64,000 nt of DNA, from assembly GCA_903864935.1 (NCBI GenBank), contig CAIPHT010000017.1, positions 16,096 through 80,095 of the forward strand. Reading direction: 5' to 3'. A model generated the notes under the pieces. That model did not search any database, was not told where the DNA came from, and was given only the letters and a program-made list of their open reading frames with translations. This document shows positions 25,983-37,900 of the stretch, one piece after another (within the stretch, counting starts at the first letter, position 1; each line of letters starts with the position of its first letter). The position numbers were made by a program, and so were the translations under genes. This DNA comes from Candidatus Vogelbacteria bacterium (GTDB lineage: Bacteria; Patescibacteriota; Minisyncoccia; Phycocordibacterales; XYD1-FULL-46-19).

Positions 25983-28900
25983 ATGTTTTCTGTTTGGCAA
26001 AATTTCGTGAGTAGAAAAGGCTTTTTTGGCGTTCTTTTTTTGATTGTTTTTTCTTTTATTTTGACGCCAACTTTTTCGGCTTTTGCCGTCACCGGTGTCC
26101 CGGCCACCATGAGCTATCAGGGTCGCTTGGCGAACTCAGCCGGTGATCTTGTTGGTGGTGCCGGTGCCATCTATTCTTTCAAATTTTCTCTCTGGGACAA
26201 TGCGACCGTTGGTGCGGGTTCGCAAGTTTGGCCAGCGGGCGCGCCCACCGCTGTCAATGCTACCGTCCGTCAAGGTCTCTTCAACGTCAACATTGGCGAC
26301 ACCGGGAGTGGTTATCCCGATGCTCTCAATTACGACTTCAGTCAGAACAACAAAATTTATTTGCAGGTTGAAGTCTCTTCCGACGGTCTTACTTACGAGA
26401 CTCTTGGTCCTCGTCAACCCATCACCAGTGCGCCCTTCGCTCAAGTCGCGGGTCAAGTCTCTGGCTCTGCTGTCTCCACTATGGGTGGTCTTGTCGTTAA
26501 CGGCGGGGTCACTAGCACCCACTCCACCACCACCGGCTCGGGCTACTTCGGCACCGCTTTAGGCCTCGCCGGTCAGTATATTAATTCTTGGTCTGACCTC
26601 GCCACTTATCTCCCCGTTGTTGTTGGTTGGAGCACCAGCTCTGATAGCACCAACTTCGCCACTCTCCTCGCTGGTACGACGACGGATGCTCTTGCTGAAG
26701 GTGTCAATCACAAGTATTACAGCAACGTCTACGTCGCTGATTATATTTCTTCCTCCTCCACCCTTGCCTCCTCGTTAAATTATTGGGCCAAGTCGGGGAG
26801 CGATCTTAGTTACACTGCGGGGAATGTTGGTGTCGGGATGAGCCCTGTCTACAAGCTTGATGTCAATGGCGCGATAAGGGCTAATGGTAGCAATATTATT
26901 GCTGGAGGCGGTTCGGTGTTTGGTTGGATTTTTGGTTCGAACGGTTTATCTAATGTTGACACTACCTTAAACACCTCGGCCGGTTACAATATTTTATTTA
27001 AAAATGGTACATCCGAGCAAATGAGAATCTCTTCAGGGGGTCTTGTTGGTATCGGCACCACCACCCCTACACAAAGACTCGACGTCCTCGGCAACATCCA
27101 AGTCAACGGCACCTCCTCCTACATGATCAATGGCGTCAACCTTGCTTTTGGTTCAACCACAAAACAAAATTATTTCTTCGGTGCGGCGGGCAATAGTAAT
27201 ATCACTGGGAGTTATAACACCGGTGTCGGCAAGGGCGCGCTCGTCACCACCACTTCGGGCGGTTACAATACGGCCGTTGGGCGTCAATCTCTCTACCTTA
27301 ATACTATCGGTTCATCAAACACGGCTTTGGGTAATAACGCTCTACAATCTGTCTCGGCAGGTGATGGCAATGTCGGCCTTGGTGCTGATGCTGGTCAATA
27401 CGAGCTCGGTTCTAACTCTTTCTACCTCAATAATATTGATCAGAACGATACCGCCGGCGACAAGGCCTACTCCTTATTGTATGGCAAATTCTCTGGTGTG
27501 GCCGGTTCGCTCACCAACCAATTCCTCACCGTCAACGGCAAACTTAATATCGGTACCACTACCATGGCCTCGACCTTCAACATTCAAGGTATCTCCGGTG
27601 TCTCGGCCTTAAATATTGCCTCATCAACTGGAGCTCCGATGTTCACGGTGGCAAGCAATGGCAACGTCGGTATCGGGACCAATGCGCCAGCGTATCCTTT
27701 GGACGTAAACGGGAATGCTAAAGTTAATGGAGTTTTGACCGTATTGAATGGCACTTCTTATGGTATTCTTGCGGGACTTTCAAAATTGAATTTGTATGAT
27801 AATGCCGGGAATGCCTCATATCAAAATAGTTATACTGGAGGTTGGGGTTTTGGAATTGGGAATATCTCGCCTACCTATACTTTAGACGTTAAAGGAAGTG
27901 GAGCTGCTGGTGGTATCTTTAATGTCGCTTCGTCGTCAGGAGTAAGTGCTTTGATGGTTTCGAATAATGGCAACGTCGGCATTGGCACAAACGCACCATC
28001 TACTGGGTTACATCTTTATGATAATACAAGCACTGCTAATAAAGCTCTTATGAGATTAGAGACTACGGCTGGAAGTGGTCAGAATGCTGGAATAAGAATG
28101 ATTGGCGGGGCTAGCAATGCAGATTGGATGATTGGTACTAATAGAGCCGATTTAGCTGGTGCAGGAGACAGCCTATTATTTTATAAAAGTTTAGGCACAG
28201 CCGGAACTAAAATGGTGATCCAAGATAACGGCAACGTCGGTATTGGCACCACTTCGCCCGCAACAGCCTTACATGTTTATGGCGCAACACCAGAGATTAG
28301 GTTAGATGCGAGTGGTAGCGTCAATGCTCAATATACTTTAAATCAAAACAATGTTAAATATGGTTTATTGGGTCTATCGCTAGCCACTGATCAGCTTGCT
28401 CTTGGGTCAGCTGTCGGTGACGTTGTCCTTAGAGCTAACGCTGGTCAGAAACTTATGTTAAGCGCCAACGGTTCAGGCGCAAGCTCGACCATGACTTTAT
28501 TGAATGGTCTTGTTGGGATTGGCACCACCACCCCAAGCTCCTTGCTTCATCTCTATGGCAGTAGCGCCAACCCTTTGATTCTTGAGAGAAATAGCAGCCT
28601 TGCTAATGTTGGAATTCAATTCAAAGATACTTCGGGCTCTTGGTATGCTGGTAAGGGTACTGGGACGGGGAATTTTGCTATTGGTACTGATGCTAATCTT
28701 GGGGCCAGCACAATTTTTAATATTCAATCGAATGGTAACGTTGGTATTGGGACTTCTTCACCAGCTAACCCTTTGACCGTTGCGGATAAAGCTCAGATCG
28801 GAACATCTATTACAAACACCTCTCAGTCCGCCTCACTTGTTGTCCAAGGCACGGCTTCAAGAGCAGCCATGTATATTCAGGGTGATGCTTCGCGTTCAGC

Positions 28901-31900
28901 TTCGACCGATTTGATTTATTCAGTCAATAGATATGGAGTCGCTGGCGGATTCCAAATGTTCGGTGATCACAGCATGCTTATCGGCAGTACCGGGAAAGAA
29001 TTTCAATATCAAGGTAGCACCGGCTATGTCGGTATCGGCACTACCTCACCATCACAGTTATTGACCGTTGGGAATAACAATCAATTTACCGTCACGTCTG
29101 GGGGAGCGGTTAGTGCCACGGGCGGATTCTCGACCAATGGCACTGTCAACGCTGGTTATTATCAACTTGGCGGTATCCAAGCCTTTGCTTACTCTGGGAC
29201 GCAGGTCCAAGTTTCGCCGGCCGCCTATTGGCAATCCCTCGGCTTATTTACCAATGGTTCAGAAAAAGTTTCTATTTTAAGTAATGGCAACGTCGGTATC
29301 GGTACCACTACCCCATGGGCCAAACTTTCTCTTCAGAATTCCTACGGCTCCACAGGGGCTTTGCTTGATATTGCCACTACCACCTCGTCGGCTTTTGCCA
29401 CTTCATCGGTCTTCTATGTGGGGTCCAATGGTTACGTCGCGGTGGGAACGAACAATCCAACCAATCTTTTTGAAGTTGATGTTGGTGGTGTTTATAAGGT
29501 AGCAGTAAATGCAGGAGGAACATTTGTTGCCAAGAATGACGTAATGACCAACCTGATTGGTGATCTTGGCTCAAAATATCAGAAGATAATGCTTGATCAA
29601 GCAAACGGTTTGAGATTCTTTGCTGGCTCTTCGGCTTCCAATGAGTATATGAGAATCAACCAATCTGGCCTCGTCGGCATCGGCACCACTTCACCAATGG
29701 CCACTCTGTCTGTCATGGGCACTTCAACCTTGCCGGGCGTTAATCCTTTTGTTGTCGCTTCTTCGTCTGGTGTTCAACTTTTAACCGTGTTGCCGAATGG
29801 TAATGTGGGGGTGGGGACAACAAATCCGAGTGCTAAATTAACAGCATTTTCCGATGCAACATCCGGCGCAATAGGAGACACTCTAAGAGTATTTTCTGGT
29901 CTAGGGTCTGTAGCATTAAAAATATATTCAACCACAAATGGTGACGGATTGATCATCAATCAGTATTATCAGGGTTCAGGGCAAAATTATATCAGAATGG
30001 CGGATATCGTGTCTAACTCAGGAGATACTTCAGAAGCACAAATTCGGTTTCTAACTAAGCCAAACTCAGCAAATCCTAGCGAAGCAATGCGAATTACTGG
30101 CAGTGGTTTTGTTGGTATCGGTACTACGAGCCCCGCTCTTAAATTGCATGTATTAGGCACTATTGGTCTGCCGGCTACTTCTGGTACGGCCCAGAATGGT
30201 GTCGCAAGATTCTCGGTTGACCCAGCCGGAACGGGTTATGTTTTGGATATGGGTGTTCTCTCCGGTGCCTCATGGTTGCAGACAACTATTGCCGGTGACC
30301 TAGGCACTTATGGTTCTTTGCTCTTGAACCCACGCGGGGGCAATATCGGTATTGGCACAGCTACTCCGGGTAAGACCTTAGATGTGAATGGTGATATCAG
30401 AATAGGGGTAAATAATAAACTTTATTTGGTCTCAACAAATGATAGTAATTATCTATCATATAATGAGTGGAACACTGCCTCCTCGATTGGTCTTAAGTTT
30501 TTAATTAGTGGCAACGAGAAGATGAGAATTGATGCTTCCGGCAACGTCGCCATTGGCACCTCAACCCCTTGGGCCAAGCTCGCCATTCAGAATTCCTACG
30601 GCTCCACTCAGGCCTTGTTTGATATAGCGACGACGACTTCATCAGCCTTCGCCACCTCGTCGGTCTTCTATGTTGGGGCGAATGGCAATGTGGGTATCGG
30701 CACGGCGAACCCTGCCAAGAGACTGTCAATAACGGATGCGAATACGGCCTTAAGCGCGTATGCTTTAAATATTAGTGCTTATAAGAGCTCTGGCAATTTC
30801 TCTGGACTCTCGTTTGGCGATGATAGTGGCGGAACTGTTTGGGGCGCAATTAAGTTCAAAGCCGATACCAATAACGACAGTTCTTTGAGATTCTTGACTT
30901 GGGACGGGACGACTGGCGGCACAGAGAGATTAACAATCAAGGGAGTTGGGGGCTCAGTTGGTATTGGTTCTACTTCTCCTATTTCTACCCTCTCTGTTAA
31001 AGGTGTTGCCGGCTATAATCCATTCACCATTTCTTCTTCCACGGATGCTTCGCTCCTCACTATCTTACAGAATGGCAACGTCGGTATTGGGACAAGTAGT
31101 CCGGCGACTTCTTTGGATGTTTATAGTAATACGACGGACAATATCTTCCGTTTGATGACGGGGCCCGCTATTGGGGTGATGCCCACCTTTACCATGTCAC
31201 AAGGGGGAACCAACAATTTTCAAATTGGCCGAGCGCTAACTCTTTTCAACCCTAACCTTGGGGGTATCGCCGCCGAGAATGATGTCGGTTTCTCTGCCCC
31301 GACCAACCGAAGCCTCTATTTTGGTACCGCCGCTAATCCTTACTTAGCAATAAGAAATGGTGGCAATGTGGGTATTGGCACGACGAGCCCCCCTGATTTA
31401 CTAACTGTTTACCATGATAGCTCCGCAGACACCGTCTTAAATATTTCTAATAATAGCCTCAGTGCAAGTTACGGGAGTTCGGTTTTGAAGTTCAGCCAAG
31501 GAAACGGTGAGGCAGCCTATATCTCTTGGAATCAGGCAAACCAGCTTTTTAAATTTGTAGCTGGACGAAATAATTTTAATAACTTCTCTTTCAATACTGT
31601 TACAGGAGGAGCTGAGGTCTCAAGATTATTTATACAAAATAATGGTAACGTTGGTATCGGCTCCACTTCACCAATGGCCACCTTGTCAGTAATGGGCACC
31701 TCGACCTTGCCGGGCGTTAATCCTTTTGTCGTCGCTTCTTCATCCGGTGCTCAACTTTTGACGGTGTTGCCAAATGGCAAAGTGGGCATAGGGACAACCG
31801 GACCTGTTACTAAGTTATCTTTATCGGATGCCACGTCCACTTTTCTAACTATTTCTAATACTAACAATGCTAGTGGTGTGGTCGGAGGAATGTTGTTCTC

Positions 31901-34900
31901 AAGTCAATACGAATCAACGTATAGAAAAGGGGCTATCTCTTTTGTGCGGACTGAGAGTAACGCAAACAGGGGTTATCTCTCTTTTGCCTTGGATGCCAGT
32001 AACACCGCTAGTAACGTTGACTCTGATATTATCGGTAATACAAAAATGGTCATTGACTATACTGGCTCTGTCGGGATTGGAACGACGGCCCCAGGGGCAA
32101 AGTTAGATATTGTTGGTGTAAATAATCAATTAAGAATTACTAATGCAGACGGAACTAATTATTATAGTATCGGTAGGAGTAATTCAAACGGGTATTTAGA
32201 GTTTAGTTTAACTGGTGCTAATTCTTATGGATATACATTCAATGGTGGCCTCGTCGGTATCGGTACCACTTCACCAATGGCCACCTTATCAGTAATGGGC
32301 ACTTCAACCTTGCCGGGCGTTAATCCTTTTGTCGTCGCTTCTTCATCCGGTGCTCAACTTTTGACTGTATTGCCGAGTGGTAACGTGGGAATTGGTATTT
32401 CTAATCCTGCTCAGTTACTGGATGTTGAGGGGAGAATAAGAGCTAATACCCTTGAGTTTGGCGCTAACAATAGTTATCTCGGTTATCTTGATCAGGGGGG
32501 TCTAGTCTTTAACTCTTCGGGTGTGGGGACTATCTATAATGCTTACTCTGGTTCCAACCTCTTCCTTTCTAGTAACGGAGGCAACGTGATATTGGGGATG
32601 AGAGATGACGGACTCGCTTCTTATAATGGCAAGGTGGGCATCGGCACTTCAACTCCTTTTGCCAAACTTGCCATTCAGAATTCCTTTGGTTCCACTCAGG
32701 CCTTGTTTGATATTGCGACGACCACTTCATCCGCCTTCGCCACCTCGTCGGTCTTCTATGTTGGGGCGAATGGTAATGTGGGTGTTGGTACTAACCTCCC
32801 GACAAATAAATTTACCGTCAGTGGGACAGTTGACCCTGTGCGCTTCCATAGCACCGGTCAAAATGTCTTAGAAATTTCTAGTACGGGGAATAGTGAGAAT
32901 GGTGTTAGATTCACTCGTAGCGGCGATGCCTCTTACTGGACCTTGGGGATGGATAATAATTCGACTAATGACTTTTATCTTGGCTCTAGCGGTTTTGGAA
33001 CAAAGTATCTAACTGTTTTGCAAACAAACGGCAACGTTGGTATTGGCACCACCACACCAATCTCCACTCTCTCTGTTTCCGGTACCGCGGGCATTAATCC
33101 GTTTACCATTGCTTCATCCACCGGCCAGACAATGCTAACAATGCTTCAGAATGGCAATGTGGGAATCGGTACAGCGAATCCAATTTCGCCTCTAACTATT
33201 TCTAAAAATTCTGCCACTACGGCAACTTGGTTAAATTTGGATAATACTGATGTTGGGGGCGCGGGGGTAATGTTGGATTTTACACAAGGCGGAGGGATGA
33301 TGGGACGAATAAATAGTTACTATGCTGGTAATGGGTTATGGAATCTTGGTTTGGGGACAAATGCTAACTCAGGATTGCCGGTGTTGTTTGTGACAAACGG
33401 CCGAGTGGGAGTAGCGAGCACTACGCCACAATCCACCTTCGCTGTCTCTGGTATCGCTGGCACAAATCCTTTCACTATTGCTTCTTCAACTGGCCAGACA
33501 ATGCTAACAATGCTTCAGAATGGCAACGTCGGTATTGGTACAGCGGCGCCAAGTTATCCATTGGATGTTGTCGCAAATTCAAGTGGATCAAATTTGAATC
33601 TTATAAACAACCCCAGTAATCTTTCGGGGATTAGATTTGGGGTAAATGGAACGCCTGCCTCTTCTTACACGACGATTTTCGCTGATGGCAGATCTACCGG
33701 TTATTTGTATATTAAAACTAATGATATTGAGCGATTCCGCATCGACTCAAATGGCAACGTCGGTATTGGCACGACAACCCCAAGTGATATCCTAAGTATC
33801 CAAGGTAATTCATCAATCCTTGGTAATACTCCTTCCGTTGGACTTAATAATACGGATTCTGGAGGTAGATTGTGGAGTATTTATTCTTCTGGTAACAGTA
33901 ATTCTATTGGCGGTGGTAAGTTTAGTATTTTTGATAAAACAGCCAGTTTAAATAGACTCGTTATTGATTCCTCTGGCAATGTGGGGATTGGTACTTCTAG
34001 CCCACAGTCAATTCTTCATCTCTATGGTGCGACAGTTAAGCCTCGACTCGAGCGTTCGGTTAGTTCGGGCGCGGCAGTTTTGGACTTCTGGCCATCGGGT
34101 ACTTTGAGTCAGGCTAATTCTGTTTGGAGTTTTGGTATGGTTGAGAATAATAGTAATTTCTCGGTCAATCAATGGACTGGCTCGCAAACTTTGCAGAGAC
34201 TTCTTGTTGATACGAATGGCAACGTTGGTATTGGTACGACGAGTCCTGCGGCGACTTTGGATATAGAGATAAATAATACATCAGGAGCTTCAACCATTCC
34301 TGTTTTTAGAGTAGGAAATTTGGCGGGTACTCCAGCCTACTTTGGTATTACATTGGGCGGTTCGGCGAGTGGTTGGGAAAATATCGCACAGCTCCAACTT
34401 AATGGGACTAAATACATATCTTTAGATGGTGGGCAATCCACAGTTGATTTACATAAAAATATGTTATTGGATAATAATGTATCTTTTCAGGCATCTTCCA
34501 ATGGATTTAACAACTTTGTTCCTTATAACACAGCTTTTTCAAATGGATTCTCTTTTGATACAGGCTCAATATTTAGCTTCCAGACAAATGGTAGTCCGGT
34601 TATGACAATATTAAATAATGGCAACGTCGGCATTGGCTCCACCACCCCGCTCTCCACCCTCTCAGTCTCCGGCACGGCTGGCACCAACCCATTCACAGTC
34701 GCTTCCTCCACTGGCAACGCGATGTTGACGATGCTTCAGAATGGCAATGTGGGAATCGGTACAGCGAATCCCGGGAACAAGCTTCATATTGTAGGTGGGG
34801 GTCTCTCTTTGGGTGATAGCGTTTCTGCCTTAACAACAAGGGGATTATTTAATATTCACGACTCAAGTAATGCTCGAATGAGCATTACTAAAGCAAGCGT

Positions 34901-37900
34901 TGGAGGGTTTAGATTTGATGTGACTGGGTCTGGAAGTAGCTACAGATTAAATATCGGAGATGATAATGTTGCTAATAGTGGCGATACTAATGCTTGGATG
35001 ACCTTTACTAATCTCGGCCTCGTCGGCCTCGGCACCACCACCCCTAACGCCAACCTTAATATCTTCGGTACCACCAACACCTTCATGCGGGTAGCCTCTT
35101 CAACCAATCAGAATATCTTCGTCATTGATAATAATGGCGACGTCTCCATGTCTGGTGGCTTGGCTCTCACTGGTCTCACTGGCAACATCATCACCTCAAC
35201 CAATGTTAAGCAAGCCATCCAAGACTTAGACACCAGCCTATATAATCAACAGAACAATACTAAGGAGATCACTGGTTTCCCTAACCGCACCGACACGAGC
35301 ATTGCCTTCACTAGCGGCACCCGCACCTTCACCATCACCGGCACCAACTTCAAGCTCTACTCAGTCGGCAAAGAATATACCAAGAATACCGAATCCATTG
35401 GTCTCCCTAACACTGTCGGCCTCTACTATATATACTACGACAAGACCAGCCACAACTTAGCCACCAGCACCACCGCTTGGGGTCTCACCGATGGCACCAT
35501 CCAAGTCGCCACGGTCTATTGGGATGGCACCACTGGCGTGTTGGGCGAAGAGCGTCACGGGGTCACCATGGATGGCGCCACTCATGAGTATCTCCACCAT
35601 ACTGTCGGTACCAGATACCAGTCTGGCTTAGCTGGTACCTTCAATTCCGACAGAACCTTCTCCATCACCGCTGGCGCGGTGGATGACGAAGATATCGAAG
35701 AGACAATCCCACTCACCACGACTGGTCGTATTCTCTACCACAATGGTCCAACCAACTTCACTTATACTTCGGCCACCTCCAGCTTCTTCGATGAGACTTG
35801 TACGGGCGGAGTTGTCTGTTACGACAATGCGGGCACCAAGGCGGCCGTCACAAACAACAACTATGTCGCCTATTGGATCTTCGCCACCAATGACCCGACC
35901 ACCCCAATCTACTCAATGATGGGTCAACGCCAAGACACCAGCCTCGCTAATGCTCAAGCTAATCAGACCTATGGCAGCCTCACACTTGGGACCCTCCCAT
36001 TTGCTGAGATGAAGTTACTCTATCGTGTCATTGTCAGGAACAACGCCGGCAGTACCTTGTCCGTCGATGACTATCGCTCCGTCTCTAACCTCCCATCGGG
36101 CACCTACCTCGCTACTTTGCACAGCAGTTTGACTGGTCTTACTAATGACGACCACACTCAATACGCTTTGCTCGCTGGTCGCGCTGGTGGTCAGAGTTTA
36201 ATTGGTGGCAATACCGCCGGAGACAATCTCACCTTGTTTGGCAACTCCATTGACTACGGCAATATCTTCACTCAACCTTATGGGGGGAGCTTAACGGTGG
36301 GCACCACTTCTACTATCACCCTCGCCAACACCTTATTCAATGTGGCTTCGTCTACTGGTGCCAATTACTTAACGGTGTTGAAGAATGGGAATGTTGGGAT
36401 TGGGACGAGTAGTCCAAGCACAAATTTTTACGTACAGGGCAATTCGGAGGTTACGGGGTATCTTATTGCTGGAGGGGCTTATTCCAACGCCGATACAGTT
36501 AGAATTTCTCTTGATGAATATACTGACCGAAGTAGAATTGCGACAGCTGGATATACCAACAAATATTATGCGGGAAGGGCGACCGGAGTAAATGGCGAAC
36601 ACCGTTTCTATGTTGGAGCCAATGGCTCATGGAATGAAGCACTAAGTATTCTATCTTCTGGTTCCATCGGTATTGGCACTACCACCCCTCTCGCCAAGCT
36701 TGATCTCACTGGGACCCTTGGGTCACTGGCCGATATCTTCAACGTCTCCACGAGCACGGGGGCCAACTTAGTCTCAAGTCTCTTCCGCATTACGGCCAAC
36801 GGCGATGTGTCTATTGGCGGAGCTAATCTTGGTAATTACAGCACCACCACCATCAATAATGACTTAGTGGTTGGTGGTGGCGCTCTCACTTACTCTTCAT
36901 CCACTGGCATTGTCTCAATTGATAATGTGGAGTTGGGAGCCACCTCCTTCCCAACTGATGCCGGGATGGTTAGCTGGATGGATATGCCTCTCACCTCAGG
37001 TACGGCTGCCGGTGTCGGTGTGGCTTATACTGCCAACCTCGCGGGCAACCCTATCCTTTCCATCGCTGGTATCTCTGATGGTAATGGCGACCTCTCGAGC
37101 TTTGGTGTTGGTATTGGTACCACCAGTGTGCCTGCCTTCCTTACAATCCAAAATGCTTCGACCACCAGCAATATGCCTCTGCTGCTTTTTGCTTCGTCTT
37201 CTGGATCTTCAATCCTCTCTATTTCTAATAATGGCAATATCGGGATTGGGACGAGTACCTCAGGTGGGACACTCCACGTAATTAATCCTACTGGTATAAC
37301 CTCAGCTAAGTTCCAGGCTGGCACTGGTAACACAATCACTAATTCTTTGTTAGAAATCTTACCTAATAGTGGGCTTAGTAAAATTTATTTCTCCTCTGAC
37401 AATAATGGGCAAAGAATGGTTTATCTTGATACGACGGGTTCACCAAGAATGAATATCGATAACTCGTCTATTGTCCAAGGTTCTAATCGTTTAATCAATT
37501 GGACATCTGGCGACATGAACGCCTCCGCTGATATTGGTCTTTCTCGCGGGGCCGCTGGTAAATTATATGTCGGCAATGGGGCAACCTATGACTATACCGG
37601 AGGATTAATCGCTGGGTCTGTGGGCATTGGCTCCAGCACTCCCGTGGCCAAGCTTTCCATCCATGATAATTCGGGACTCGCGGCATCTAATCCACTCTTC
37701 ACCATTGCTTCATCGAGCGCCGCGGGCACGGGCACTACCACTTTGTTGACGATACTCGGGAATGGCAACTTGGGCATTGGCACCGCTTCGCCGAATTCTC
37801 CACTTCAAATTTCTAACACTACCGCTACTACCAAATTTATTCGAGTGGGGACCAACTCCAATCCTTCCACCACAGCCAATGCTGGCGGTATAGTCGTGGA

